Origin: Candidatus Nanohalarchaeota archaeon | GTDB taxonomy: Archaea; EX4484-52; B79-G9 | Direction: 5' to 3' | NCBI GenBank assembly: GCA_030634545.1 | Contig: DAOWAN010000002.1 | Coordinates: forward strand, 1 to 57,230 | Length of the DNA stretch: 57,230 bases | Shown: positions 19,719 to 29,426 of the stretch, one piece after another | Layout: each line of letters opens with the position of its first letter | Numbering within the stretch: the first letter of the stretch is position 1 | Notes under the pieces: model-generated | The model's input: only the letters and a program-made list of their open reading frames with translations | Database searches by the model: none | Told to the model about the DNA's origin: nothing | Made by a program: the position numbers and the translations under genes

Positions 19719-20218
19719 TTATCGCCTTTTTCTTCCTTTTCATACATTTCTTTTATCAAATGTCTTTTTTTAGCATCAAAATTCAACCCTGATTGAGATA
19801 GAGAATAATTAAATCCATCACTCCAAGAATTGTATGTTACTCTTAATTTCCCTTGTGCAAGATTATAGATTCTACTTGAAATATTTTTTAAGATTTCTCT
19901 CATTTGAGTAAGTTCAACCTTCTCATTATAATATTTTAAAGTGTACTTATATCCAATTTTTTTGTCAAGAACATCATGAGAATAACTCTTTAAATTCTCA
20001 ACTCTTAACAATAATTCTTTATAGTCTTTTTCTAAGTCTTTTGTAATATCTAGTTTCTTATCACAGTGTGGACAATGTTTGTATTCGCTTCTTTTTCTTT
20101 GTTCTTTTTCTTTTAGTCCTTTGACTTCTTCTTCAGCACCTTCTTTTGAACTAAAAGAAGGATAACCATCTCCAACACCGTATAATGTATGTTTTTTTAT
20201 TTCATATTTTTCTTCCAT
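19715..20218 (-). CDS. Hypothetical protein with CPHC motif
   Basis: 167-aa ORF with GGTGA SD site. Confidence 0.65.
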   Translation of the reverse strand: MEEKYEIKKHTLYGVGDGYPSFSSKEGAEEEVKGLKEKEQRKRSEYKHCPHCDKKLDITKDLEKDYKELLLRVENLKSYSHDVLDKKIGYKYTLKYYNEKVELTQMREILKNISSRIYNLAQGKLRVTYNSWSDGFNYSLSQSGLNFDAKKRHLIKEMYEKEEKGDK

Positions 20219-20220
20219 GT

Positions 20221-20562
20221 TTATTCACCTTTTTCAATTTCCAGAAAATTATTTAATTCAGTCACTTGACCAATATCATATTCTGGAAGATTTGGAGTTT
20301 CATAATGTTCTTCTATCCTGATGACAAAACTGCCTTCTATGAATTCAACAACACCTTTAAACCACTTTCCTTTCATGTATGTTGCGATTATTTTGTCTCC
20401 TTCATAGATTTCTTCGCCATTTTTGTATTTTAGACCTGCGTACTGTGTTATTTTTGCTTCATGTTGACAATCAATTAATCTTAGAATATTTCTTCTATTT
20501 TTAAAATCTAAACGTACTATTTCTCCATCGTCAAACAAAGCTTTATATTTGATTTCTCTCAT
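20221..20562 (-). CDS. YopX family protein
   Basis: MREIKYKA...QYAGLKYKNGEEIYEGD. Confidence 0.85.
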   Translation of the reverse strand: MREIKYKALFDDGEIVRLDFKNRRNILRLIDCQHEAKITQYAGLKYKNGEEIYEGDKIIATYMKGKWFKGVVEFIEGSFVIRIEEHYETPNLPEYDIGQVTELNNFLEIEKGE

Positions 20563-21644
20563 TATTCTTCACCCTCTTCTTGTTCTTTATTTATCATGTC
20601 AAGTGCTTTCTGCAAAGCTTCATTCAGTCCTGTCTTTTCCCTGAACTCATCCAGAATGTCACGTATCTCCTGCCTTTTCTCTTCAAACCTGTCTTCTGCT
20701 TCTTCACCAACATAATTGACAATGGCTTGCCTGACAAATTCTCTTGACTTTTTTGGAATGACTATCAATGCGTTTGCTTCACATTTCCTCACACCATATT
20801 TGCTGAGATATTCTTGTGCATAGGGAAGATTGAAATTTGGATGCAGTTTGCCTGATTTGGTTCTTCCTTGCACTATCTTTCCATTTTGCAATTCTGCAAT
20901 AGCCCCTTTGCTTCCTGTAATCAGATTGTCAATCCATGTTAATTTATTTTCTTCAATGAAATCATAGTCAAGACCGAACCTTTTGATTATCAAGTCTTCT
21001 GGATTGTAGCCTGTCTCACCATCTGCCCATTCAATGAACATCAAATCTCTTATGTTTTTCCTTAAAAAATCTGAAATCCTTAACCCATCTGGGTCATGGT
21101 CTCCGCAGTATAATAATACGCATTTAAGACCTTTTTGTTCAGCTTCCTTGAACCTTCTTGAATAGATTGCTCTCTGGTGCATCGAAGACCAGCCCTTTGA
21201 TGTTGCGATTGGTATATGGAATTTCTGGCATACTGGTCTGAACAATGTCTTCAGGTCAACTTTCTCGACAATCATCTGGATATAATACTCTTCACCATCC
21301 CACCAGTCAGGCGTGTACCATTCTTCACAATCCAGAGAAGCTTGAACATACTCTTTCATGTACTGCACTGGTGTTTGTTCAGTTGGCACTTCAACACCTT
21401 CAAATGCCCTGCCGACATCTTCTTCTGTGAAATCTATTGGCAGGATGCCTTTCTTCCTGCATTTGTTCATTAGATTTTCGACCTTATCAAAATCTGCCTT
21501 TGTGATAAGATTTGCCGTTTCTAATTGATATGCCCAGCCCCTCGCTGATACTTTAAAGCCGATTTGTCTTGATATTTTCTTTATCTCTACTGCGAATTTC
21601 CGAAGGTTCTCTTCAGTTGCTTTTTTCGTTAAGTCATATTCCAT
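20562..21644 (-). CDS. Type IIB topoisomerase A-subunit-like protein (5Y-CAP winged helix plus Toprim; Mini-A-like)
   Basis: SARGWAY (catalytic Tyr position), IVEKVD, KGWSS, YCGDHDPDG (DxD), CEANAL; start revised to MEYDL with GAGGT SD. Confidence 0.75.
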   Translation of the reverse strand: MEYDLTKKATEENLRKFAVEIKKISRQIGFKVSARGWAYQLETANLITKADFDKVENLMNKCRKKGILPIDFTEEDVGRAFEGVEVPTEQTPVQYMKEYVQASLDCEEWYTPDWWDGEEYYIQMIVEKVDLKTLFRPVCQKFHIPIATSKGWSSMHQRAIYSRRFKEAEQKGLKCVLLYCGDHDPDGLRISDFLRKNIRDLMFIEWADGETGYNPEDLIIKRFGLDYDFIEENKLTWIDNLITGSKGAIAELQNGKIVQGRTKSGKLHPNFNLPYAQEYLSKYGVRKCEANALIVIPKKSREFVRQAIVNYVGEEAEDRFEEKRQEIRDILDEFREKTGLNEALQKALDMINKEQEEGEE

Positions 21645-21646
21645 TT

Positions 21647-21892
21647 TTACCTCAGTTTTTTTATGTCTTTTAGACCCATTGCACTTGCAACTCTCCAAAC
21701 AGTGTAATTTCTATGTGTTCTTTTGTCTGCTATTTTTATGATTACTTTATTAAAATCTCTATATTCTTTATTAACAGATTTTTCATAATTTTCTTCTGCT
21801 TTTTTAATTCTGGCATTAAAGAATTTAACAACGATTTCTAAGTCTTTCTCCAATATCTTTCTTTTCTTAGCACTGATATTTGCTTTTAACAT
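21647..21892 (-). CDS. Hypothetical basic protein
   Basis: 81-aa ORF with tight operon spacing. Confidence 0.55.
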   Translation of the reverse strand: MLKANISAKKRKILEKDLEIVVKFFNARIKKAEENYEKSVNKEYRDFNKVIIKIADKRTHRNYTVWRVASAMGLKDIKKLR

Positions 21893-21895
21893 TTT

Positions 21896-22135
21896 CTAGT
21901 TCACCTTTTCCAGTTCTGCTATCTTAACATCTCTTTTATTGAGGGCATCAACTATCTTGTAAATCTCATGTAATTTAGTTCCTTTATGTAATGACATGCC
22001 TTCTCCTCTTCCATTTGTCAAATAACCTATATTAGCGTCATAATACCATTGCTGACCTATTGGTTTTTTTCTGTATCTCCAACCTGTTTCTTGGACTATT
22101 TCTTTAAACGGTTTAAATTCAATAGATTTTGTCAT
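21896..22135 (-). CDS. Hypothetical protein
   Basis: 79-aa ORF with ATGA overlap. Confidence 0.6.
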   Translation of the reverse strand: MTKSIEFKPFKEIVQETGWRYRKKPIGQQWYYDANIGYLTNGRGEGMSLHKGTKLHEIYKIVDALNKRDVKIAELEKVN

Positions 22136-22344
22136 TTTATCTCCGTGTCTCTTACCACAGTTTCAGGCATTAAGTCCATGTGACCTGTTCCGTTGTCAAC
22201 TCGGCATTTCATTAATCTATGTCCATCACCAAACGGTGCTTTGTCTCCAATCCAAACTATATATAATTTAGTTCCTTTTGGAATGCCGACCCCTTTAATA
22301 TCTTTACAATCTTCAGTTAATTCAATAGTTTTTAGTATTTTCAT
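22132..22344 (-). CDS. Hypothetical small beta-rich protein
   Basis: 70-aa ORF with GGTGA SD site. Confidence 0.6.
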   Translation of the reverse strand: MKILKTIELTEDCKDIKGVGIPKGTKLYIVWIGDKAPFGDGHRLMKCRVDNGTGHMDLMPETVVRDTEIK

Positions 22345-22363
22345 TCATATCACCTTTTGTTCT

Positions 22364-22561
22364 TCATAATTTTGTTTCTTCAAATTTCCTATTTTCTTTT
22401 TTTACCCTATCATGAGTGTATTTGACACAGTACCGCACCATGTCCGTGTCAGTGTTAATCCCTGTGATATTTTTTAACTCTTCCAGCCTATTGAGAAGCT
22501 TTTCATCCCTTCTTCTCGCATTCTTGACTGAAAGTGCAATCTTTTTAGTTGGCGTTAACAT
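22364..22561 (-). CDS. Putative ribbon-helix-helix-like regulator
   Basis: LLNRLEELKNITGINTDTDMVRYCV helix-helix pattern; GGTGA SD site. Confidence 0.45.
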   Translation of the reverse strand: MLTPTKKIALSVKNARRRDEKLLNRLEELKNITGINTDTDMVRYCVKYTHDRVKKENRKFEETKL

Positions 22562-22832
22562 TTTCTAGTTCACCTTTTTCAAGTTTTTTTAGACAGTTTT
22601 TGCAGTCAACTATTTTCTTGACTTCTTCCAGTGTAAAATCTTTTTTTCTGACTTCTGTTTTATTAAGCCTGTTGATTATGTAACCGCAGACAGTCATCTT
22701 TCCTTTTGCTAAGTCACCACCACATAAAGTATATTTATTAAACTTAGTCTCGCTGATAGCGTGTGTCTTCACGATGCCTGCACCGTAAAACACGTCCTCT
22801 AATTTATCGACTACTTTCATTTTTTTAACCAT
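22545..22832 (-). CDS. Hypothetical Zn-binding protein
   Basis: H...TLCG...CKNC. Confidence 0.6.
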   Translation of the reverse strand: MVKKMKVVDKLEDVFYGAGIVKTHAISETKFNKYTLCGGDLAKGKMTVCGYIINRLNKTEVRKKDFTLEEVKKIVDCKNCLKKLEKGELENVNAN

Positions 22833-23094
22833 TCCTTATTCAACATAGATGCTATCCAGTTTAGGAAATTTTCACATGATTTTTCCTTGCCAAAAATTTC
22901 TCTATACTCTTCTGTCAATTTTTGAAATCTAATTATATTATCTCTTGCTGTTGTCATTCATATCACCTGTTTGATTAATATTATTATGATAACTAAACAC
23001 TCGCAGAAAATATCTGTCTTATTCCATTGATTCAATGACAGTCTCAACGAGTGCCTAAAATCACTTAAAAACTGTTGCGGATTGTGAAATTTAA

Positions 23095-23316
23095 TCATTT
23101 CCATTCTATTACTTCACCATTAACTGTCATTCCTTCTATTGTTTCATTTAATTCATCAATAGCATTTGCAATACCATCTACTTGACTCTCTAAATCATTG
23201 TCATTCTCATAGCTTTTTGTGTTTACCCATCTGTTCCATTCTTCATCCTTCAAGTCAGCTAACCAAGTTAATATTACTTTAAGTTGTACTCGTGTTGTTT
23301 TCAATAGTTTTACCAT
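23095..23316 (-). CDS. Hypothetical protein (MVKLLK...)
   Basis: ORF directly downstream of the GHKL gene. Confidence 0.5.
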   Translation of the reverse strand: MVKLLKTTRVQLKVILTWLADLKDEEWNRWVNTKSYENDNDLESQVDGIANAIDELNETIEGMTVNGEVIEWK

Positions 23317-23317
23317 C

Positions 23318-24724
23318 TTAATCCACCCCGAAGAACTCTGGCTCTTCCAGTGCAATCATGACTAATTTGCCAGCCATCTTTGTGATGCACTCATGATATG
23401 AATGCTCTGTGTGATGCCCTTTCTCATGACCTAATTCATGTAATATCAGTGATGTTGTCATTGGACAGACTGTGATGTCAAAGAAGCCCTTTAATCTGCT
23501 TACGTTGAATGTCATGACTCTGTGACCATACTGTGCCACAACCATGTTAAAACCGCCTTTAACGAACTCTACACCGATGTCTATACCCAGCAATCTCTTA
23601 GCTATCTTCTGTGCATATTTGCCGACCCTGTCCATACTCACAGTCGGTCTGACGCTTTGTGCATTTGTGAAATTAGTCCCGAACCTGTCGCTTGTGCTTT
23701 CTATCGCACCGAACCTCTTGATGTTTTCCCATTCAGCAGAACCCATCTCTGAGCCATGAACAACATTGTAGCCGTGACTGATTGCTTCATCTATTGAGTT
23801 TGGGTCAAAATTGTTTGCCACTGCGACCTTATCTCCGAATCTTTTCTTTACGATACTTTCAACAGCTTCCTTCTCAATCCTGTCATCACTCATCGCTGAC
23901 CTAACCCATAAGTCAGAACTGTTCTCTTTCTCAATATCTTCATAAGTGTTGTTCAGAACCTCTGCATATAAATCCTGTAAGAAGCTAGGCAGTACAGTTT
24001 CCCTATCTAAGCTCAAAGGTATCTTCTGCTGTACGTCAATGTCATATCCACATTCGATGTCTGTTATCGGGATGCCCATCTCAAAGATATACTTAGTGTC
24101 TCTCCGTGTCTTGTGAAGATGAACTTTTGTCATCCTTTTTGTCCTTGACATCGTGCCTTCTTTCTCTATCTCAGTCTGTAAGGTTGTCTTGAATATTTTG
24201 TCAGGCTCTACATAATCAACTTTGACACCGTTCACATAATAATTGATGCCTTTTGGGACTAGGTACATCATAGCATCTTCCAGCATCTCACCAGCATCCT
24301 GTTTGTTGGCTCTTAATTTTATTGTTATCATTGAGCCAGAATCCCTTTTAAAGCGTCTGTTGTGCCTTCCTTTGCTGTCAAATACAATAGTGCCTGTGGT
24401 TGTCTCAACCTTTGCTTCGGTGCAGACAGCGAACACCAGCTTCTCTCCTATGTTGAACCGTCCACGCTTCTCTGAATCTCTTCGTTTATATGTGTCTGCA
24501 AACAGTGTGTAAGCATGTGTCAAATTCCTGAAACCTATCGGGCTGTCATCTTCGATGCTCAAAGTCATCATGCCTTTTGACTGCACCATGTTGACTCTGC
24601 ATTGTGTGATAGGCTCATCCAAAGCGTTCTGTACCAGTTCTCTTAATATGAACTTTTTACCTTTCTTGCCTATCAGATTCTTCAGACCTTCTCGGTCAAC
24701 TGCAAACCAGTTTTTGTCTTTCAT
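23318..24724 (-). CDS. GHKL (Topo VIB/MORC-like) ATPase with C-terminal HExxH zincin-like motif
   Basis: RELVQNALD (N box), IEDDSPIGF (G1), RGRFNIGEK (G2); C-terminal LHELGH. Confidence 0.8.
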   Translation of the reverse strand: MKDKNWFAVDREGLKNLIGKKGKKFILRELVQNALDEPITQCRVNMVQSKGMMTLSIEDDSPIGFRNLTHAYTLFADTYKRRDSEKRGRFNIGEKLVFAVCTEAKVETTTGTIVFDSKGRHNRRFKRDSGSMITIKLRANKQDAGEMLEDAMMYLVPKGINYYVNGVKVDYVEPDKIFKTTLQTEIEKEGTMSRTKRMTKVHLHKTRRDTKYIFEMGIPITDIECGYDIDVQQKIPLSLDRETVLPSFLQDLYAEVLNNTYEDIEKENSSDLWVRSAMSDDRIEKEAVESIVKKRFGDKVAVANNFDPNSIDEAISHGYNVVHGSEMGSAEWENIKRFGAIESTSDRFGTNFTNAQSVRPTVSMDRVGKYAQKIAKRLLGIDIGVEFVKGGFNMVVAQYGHRVMTFNVSRLKGFFDITVCPMTTSLILHELGHEKGHHTEHSYHECITKMAGKLVMIALEEPEFFGVD

Positions 24725-24791
24725 TTTTTCACCTTTACTTCACTTTTCTTGTCTTTAAGACATTTCATATTTATTAGTATGACATATCATA

Positions 24792-24806
24792 TATATAAAC
24801 CTTTCG
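24792..24806 (-). promoter_or_regulatory. Canonical archaeal BRE-TATA promoter (CGAAAGG-TTTATATA) heading the small-gene block
   Basis: Consensus BRE plus TATA upstream of gene 24724, which has a GGTGA SD site. Confidence 0.75.
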
Positions 24807-24920
24807 TTTTTTAACCTATTTAAGAGTAAATCAACTAAGAATTAGCTACTTTTAGTTACATTTTCATATAATGAATATCTTATATAGAAATAAGAAAAAG
24901 AAATAAATTATATGTGCCTG

Positions 24921-26912
24921 TTATTTTTTCTTTTTCTTGAAATTCTTCTTGTATTTTACCAATATCAACAGTAAGAAAAATATGATTGCAACTGCACCCA
25001 CAATTATCATCGTGTTCTTGTTTCTTTCCTTGCTGATTATATCTTCCAATTCCTTTATGAGTCTCTGTTGCTCTTCATTGTTCAGTCTCAGCTTCTCTAC
25101 CAGTTCCGCCTGCTCTTCAGAATTAAGCTCAAGCTCAGATATTATTATTACCTGTTCATCAAGATTAAGTTGCATGTTGATTATAATCTCTGCCTGCTCT
25201 TCTGTTGTCAGTTCCAGATTAGATATAATCTCTGCCTGCTCTCCAGTGCTTAGCTGAAGCTCTGTTATCAGCCTTGCCTGTTCTTCTATGTTCAACTGAA
25301 GCTCTGTTATCAGCCTTGCCTGTTCTTCTGTTGACAGTTCCATCGCCAATATGATTAATGCCTGCTCTTCAACCTTCCCAGTTATCTCCTGTATGAATAT
25401 GACATCTTCTGCAATGGTGTTCTGCAATGCAGATATGATTTCACCCTGTTCTGCAAAGCTCAGTTCCATCTCTGCAATCAATCTTGCCTGCTCTTCTGTC
25501 TGAATCTCTAACAGACCTATAAGTATAGCCTTTTCCAGAAGATTTATGTTCAGGTTATCTATTATTATTGCCTGTTCCTGCACATTCAGGCTCAACTGCT
25601 GTATCATGATTGCCTGTTCCTGTACTGAAAGCTCTAATTGGGCAATGATGATAGCTTTTTCATCCACTGTCAACTGAAGCTGGTCAATTATATCCGTCTG
25701 TTCCAATATTGTCCTGTCAAGCTCTGCTATCAAAAGACCTTTCTCTTCAATAGTCATCTCAAATTGTGAAATAAGCTCTGTCATCTGGTTGACTGTAATT
25801 TCAAGCTGGTTAATCAATAAGGCTTTTTCCTCTATTGTCAATTTCAGCCTGTCTATAATCTCTGCCTGTTCCTGTATCGTCAAATCAAGATGTGATATTA
25901 ACCTTGCCTGCTCATCAAGAGTAAGCTGTAATTCTTCAAGCAACCTTATCTTGTCTTCCCTTAAATCTATCAGATTATCAATCAATATCAGAATCTCGTC
26001 AATCTCTAAATTAGCAGAATTTATGATGTCAATTAGATTAGACCTGCACTCGGAAAAAGTTGAATATCCATAAGCAAGACATATATCAGGAACTTGTTTT
26101 TGAACACATACACATTGGTCTTGGTCAACAACATAATCACCAGAGCATGTCAAAGGACAGATTTTAGTTATGCTCTCCACACAATGCGGTTGGGCTGGGT
26201 CATTCCAATCAGTGCCTTTGCAGAAATTCTGTTGCCAGATGCCGTCATAGACCTGACCACGAACCCAGAGACAGTCGCTTCCATCATAATATTTGTTATT
26301 ACTGCCGTAAGGTATATCTAAAAATAAATTATCATATTGTATGTTCAATATCTTTGTTGTGAACGGTCTGTCTCCACTCCAGCCTTCAATCTCTTCAATC
26401 TTACTCCATCTTTGCATAATATTATTGTTTTGGTCAAGCAGTTCAACATACCAAGAGCATCCATTTTCAGAATCATAATCAATGCCACCATAATCTCCAA
26501 GATAATATCTATCATACCAAGTACAATGGCTGTTGCAATAAAGAGTTTTATCACATACATCACCATACGCACAACTACTTCTATCACAATCCCTGTAACC
26601 AGCAACATAAACATCGTAAATAGGGCAGACACCTGAAATTCCAATATCTTCAATATACACACTGCATGCACCAAAATTATCAGAACTAAATTCTTTGCAT
26701 CCTTGGAAACTGTAATAATTTTCACCTGTATGAACCCTGAATTTCCATGTCTCACCTGATTGATGCGTCACAAGAATATCAAGCGGTATTCCAATCCCGA
26801 TTAAAGCTGTCTGCCTGCTTGGACTTATGAATACAGTAATTGCCAAAAGAAATAAAATAACCACTACTATTATCGTACCCCGTACTTTACTCTTTGTTTT
26901 CTTCTTTACCAT
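24921..26912 (-). CDS. Spike-like protein: N-terminal TM, Cys-rich head, long 14-residue-repeat coiled-coil stalk, C-terminal TM
   Basis: RQTALIG after TM; EEQARLITELQL-type repeats; head paralogous to 30417..31484. Confidence 0.8.
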   Translation of the reverse strand: MVKKKTKSKVRGTIIVVVILFLLAITVFISPSRQTALIGIGIPLDILVTHQSGETWKFRVHTGENYYSFQGCKEFSSDNFGACSVYIEDIGISGVCPIYDVYVAGYRDCDRSSCAYGDVCDKTLYCNSHCTWYDRYYLGDYGGIDYDSENGCSWYVELLDQNNNIMQRWSKIEEIEGWSGDRPFTTKILNIQYDNLFLDIPYGSNNKYYDGSDCLWVRGQVYDGIWQQNFCKGTDWNDPAQPHCVESITKICPLTCSGDYVVDQDQCVCVQKQVPDICLAYGYSTFSECRSNLIDIINSANLEIDEILILIDNLIDLREDKIRLLEELQLTLDEQARLISHLDLTIQEQAEIIDRLKLTIEEKALLINQLEITVNQMTELISQFEMTIEEKGLLIAELDRTILEQTDIIDQLQLTVDEKAIIIAQLELSVQEQAIMIQQLSLNVQEQAIIIDNLNINLLEKAILIGLLEIQTEEQARLIAEMELSFAEQGEIISALQNTIAEDVIFIQEITGKVEEQALIILAMELSTEEQARLITELQLNIEEQARLITELQLSTGEQAEIISNLELTTEEQAEIIINMQLNLDEQVIIISELELNSEEQAELVEKLRLNNEEQQRLIKELEDIISKERNKNTMIIVGAVAIIFFLLLILVKYKKNFKKKKK
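25254..25329. repeat. Intragenic tandem repeat with 42-bp period (34 bp identical)
   Basis: ctgaagctctgttatcagccttgcctgttcttct at 25254 and 25296. Confidence 0.9.
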
Positions 26913-26924
26913 CTATTTTAAGAT

Positions 26925-27182
26925 TTATTCCCATTCAAACCATTTGTTTGCTAAGAATCCCCAGAACCATAGATTAAAGATTCCGTAACATAATATCAAA
27001 AAGCCTGCCAGCATCATCAGGTTTGTCCTGGTCGGGTCAATAAGACCTCTCAGATAAACCATCAATACCAAAGGCAGTCCTGATACTAAGCCTGCAACAT
27101 AGCTTTTCAGTGTTGTCAAAACATTCTTAATGTCCCAAAATTTTCTTGCTTTAACTCTTGCTTTTCTTCTTTTTTTTGCCAT
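26925..27182 (-). CDS. Small 2-TM protein with Lys/Arg-rich N-terminus
   Basis: MAKKRRKARVK followed by hydrophobic helices. Confidence 0.75.
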   Translation of the reverse strand: MAKKRRKARVKARKFWDIKNVLTTLKSYVAGLVSGLPLVLMVYLRGLIDPTRTNLMMLAGFLILCYGIFNLWFWGFLANKWFEWE

Positions 27183-27188
27183 GATTTA

Positions 27189-27455
27189 TCACCTTTTCTT
27201 AACACCTTTTGGGTGTTTTTCCATCCAAGATTTAATAAATTTCAATGCTTTTGATTTTTTCTTAAATGTTTTTCTCTTAGTCCAACTCACTTTAGTTCTT
27301 GAATAAATATTAGATGTTACAACATCCCATCTTTCTTTTCCTTTTATTTCAGCCCAAAAGCCAAAAATTCTATATGTTGCATTTGGTTGTTTATTATGAA
27401 ACCTTATACCATATTTATTATTTTCAATCTGTTTCCAGTTCCCTATTTTTGCCAT
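27189..27455 (-). CDS. Hypothetical basic protein
   Basis: 88-aa ORF with GGTGA SD site. Confidence 0.65.
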   Translation of the reverse strand: MAKIGNWKQIENNKYGIRFHNKQPNATYRIFGFWAEIKGKERWDVVTSNIYSRTKVSWTKRKTFKKKSKALKFIKSWMEKHPKGVKKR

Positions 27456-27472
27456 AACATATCACCTTTTTC

Positions 27473-27667
27473 TTATTCTTCATAAAGAGATAATGTTTCT
27501 ACTGAATTTTTAAGATTTGATTTATCCAATTCTGCTAACACTCTCACTTTAATATTTTTTCTTTTGAATCTTTTTTTATAAAAGATTGTTAAATGTAATG
27601 TTTTTGGAAGATATACTGCTTTTCTAACTCCTTTAATTTTTTCAAATCTTTTTACAAATTTTACCAT
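27473..27667 (-). CDS. Hypothetical basic protein
   Basis: 64-aa ORF. Confidence 0.55.
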   Translation of the reverse strand: MVKFVKRFEKIKGVRKAVYLPKTLHLTIFYKKRFKRKNIKVRVLAELDKSNLKNSVETLSLYEE

Positions 27668-27676
27668 CTTTTTCTT

Positions 27677-28276
27677 TTAAGTCGGATTAGGGAAGCACCA
27701 CATGTAATGTATCTCTTCATCAGCAAGCCATACAAACCTTGTTGCTGAACCGTCTGGACATCTGCAACAGAAGTCTATATAGTTCGGATGATTTGACATG
27801 CACTGTTCCATCTCGTAAGCATAATCTATATCTTCTTCATTACCTGCATTAAGGTAATCATAGAAGTCGATTGACCTTTCAGCCATACTCAATATATTCT
27901 TATAATTTTCATAAGTGAACTCATCTCCAAGTTCCCAGTTATGTTCTAGGACGTTCTCACAGACAGGATATAAATATTTGCATTCCCATTTAATGAGTGT
28001 CCTTGCACATGCAGTGCCTTCTTCACAGCAACCAGGGTCTTCATTGCAATACTGACCTAATGAGAATATCTTTTCACATTCTGGGTCTGGCTCTGCATCA
28101 TCATCATCTTCACCTTCATCAACAGAATTGAAGTCCTGCCACCAAGCCCTTACCTTACCATATACTTCAAATTTGACAGACACAAAACCTAGAATCAGTA
28201 TCAAAATCAGTGCTAAAATTACCCATTTCAGCTTTTTGTTTTTATTTTTCTTAGTATATTTTCTCTTCTTTACCAT
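27677..28276 (-). CDS. Single-TM protein with Cys-rich ectodomain
   Basis: Basic N-tail, TM, and about 10 Cys. Confidence 0.75.
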   Translation of the reverse strand: MVKKRKYTKKNKNKKLKWVILALILILILGFVSVKFEVYGKVRAWWQDFNSVDEGEDDDDAEPDPECEKIFSLGQYCNEDPGCCEEGTACARTLIKWECKYLYPVCENVLEHNWELGDEFTYENYKNILSMAERSIDFYDYLNAGNEEDIDYAYEMEQCMSNHPNYIDFCCRCPDGSATRFVWLADEEIHYMWCFPNPT

Positions 28277-28292
28277 CTTAAATCACTTTAAT

Positions 28293-28646
28293 TTAAGTAT
28301 AGATGCCGATACACTTGCATTCGTAAAGACCTTGTGTAGTGTAGATGCCTTCACATCTCTTGCCGTCTTCATAACAGTACTTGTCCAGACAATCTGTCGG
28401 ATTGCTTACAATACCACTGCAAACCCTTATCTCAGTACAGCATTCATCCTCAATCTCATCAGTGCATATACCATCCCATGCTGGGGCTTCACAAGAATGC
28501 TTGTTATAAGTACAGCTAACGAAGTCATAGACTGGCTCTCCATTGAAGTTGTTCACTACAAACAGGAAAACAATTCCAAGTATGAAGAACACTAATGCAG
28601 TCAATAATATCGGTGTAATGTTTCTTTTCTTTTTTTTGTTTGCCAT
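28293..28646 (-). CDS. Single-TM protein with Cys-rich ectodomain
   Basis: MANKKKKR, TM, and a dense Cys domain. Confidence 0.75.
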   Translation of the reverse strand: MANKKKKRNITPILLTALVFFILGIVFLFVVNNFNGEPVYDFVSCTYNKHSCEAPAWDGICTDEIEDECCTEIRVCSGIVSNPTDCLDKYCYEDGKRCEGIYTTQGLYECKCIGIYT

Positions 28647-28649
28647 CTT

Positions 28650-28889
28650 TTATCTTTTTAATATAGTTTTTGCATTGAAGATATTTGTAACAATGAAATA
28701 TACTAATGGAATAAATAAGAATGAGATTGCAGTCTGAATCATGTCAGCTACCCATAATAAATTTTGTGACAGATAATTAGGCAAGACAGTCCTCAAAACG
28801 CCTAAAACAAACATCACAAAAACAGTTATCATAAGCCCTTTCCATTCTCTCTTGGACATCTTCTTCTTTTGCTTCTTTTTCTTTACCAT
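28650..28889 (-). CDS. Small 2-TM protein with Lys-rich N-terminus
   Basis: MVKKKKQKKK followed by 2 hydrophobic helices. Confidence 0.7.
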   Translation of the reverse strand: MVKKKKQKKKMSKREWKGLMITVFVMFVLGVLRTVLPNYLSQNLLWVADMIQTAISFLFIPLVYFIVTNIFNAKTILKR

Positions 28890-28891
28890 AT

Positions 28892-29425
28892 TTATTCCTC
28901 AAGCTCATTAATGGCATCATTGATTTTTCTTATACGTTCAGTCGCTTTTTCCCTTGCCTGCTCTGATTTCTGGATTGCGTTCTGGATGCCGTTTCTTGCC
29001 TGCACTGGCACTTTTTCCAAGACATCTTCCAAAACATCTAGATGGTGCTGTGTCGCAAGTTCCAGCTTCTCCTGAAACATCTTTCTTCTTGCCAAATCTG
29101 AAACTAAATAGCCAAGATTCTCTGCTTCAGTCAATTCTTCTTCATACTCTTCCATAAGCTCTTCTGCGTAATCTTCTTTTAAATCATCTGGCATGTCCCT
29201 TAACTCAGCTAAACGCCGTTCTGCCTTGATAAGATGATGCTCTGCCTGTCTGTTCCTTATCCTGTAAACAAGCCCTTCTGCGAACTCGTAGCCTGTCTTC
29301 AAAGCATATCTGAACTTCATGTCAGGTGTTATACCCTGTCTAGGCACTTCTTCAGTTGACTGTGCTGTAACCAAACTAGATAACATCAATGTTATCAAAA
29401 GTATTGAAAATAGTTTTTGTTTCAT
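28892..29425 (-). CDS. Secreted DUF5667-like helical protein
   Basis: Signal peptide; GITPD...YALK..E...AERRLAE...HLDVLE.VLEKVP. Confidence 0.7.
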   Translation of the reverse strand: MKQKLFSILLITLMLSSLVTAQSTEEVPRQGITPDMKFRYALKTGYEFAEGLVYRIRNRQAEHHLIKAERRLAELRDMPDDLKEDYAEELMEEYEEELTEAENLGYLVSDLARRKMFQEKLELATQHHLDVLEDVLEKVPVQARNGIQNAIQKSEQAREKATERIRKINDAINELEE

Positions 29426-29426
29426 T

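Noticed and set aside
20562..24724. Wadjet (JetABCD) defence system
   Set aside because: A Toprim protein is present, but no SMC ATPase, kleisin or KITE subunits are recognisable
25040..26030. CRISPR array or DGR-type repeats
   Set aside because: The repeats are degenerate in-frame 42-nt coding units without unique spacers; no cas or reverse transcriptase gene was seen
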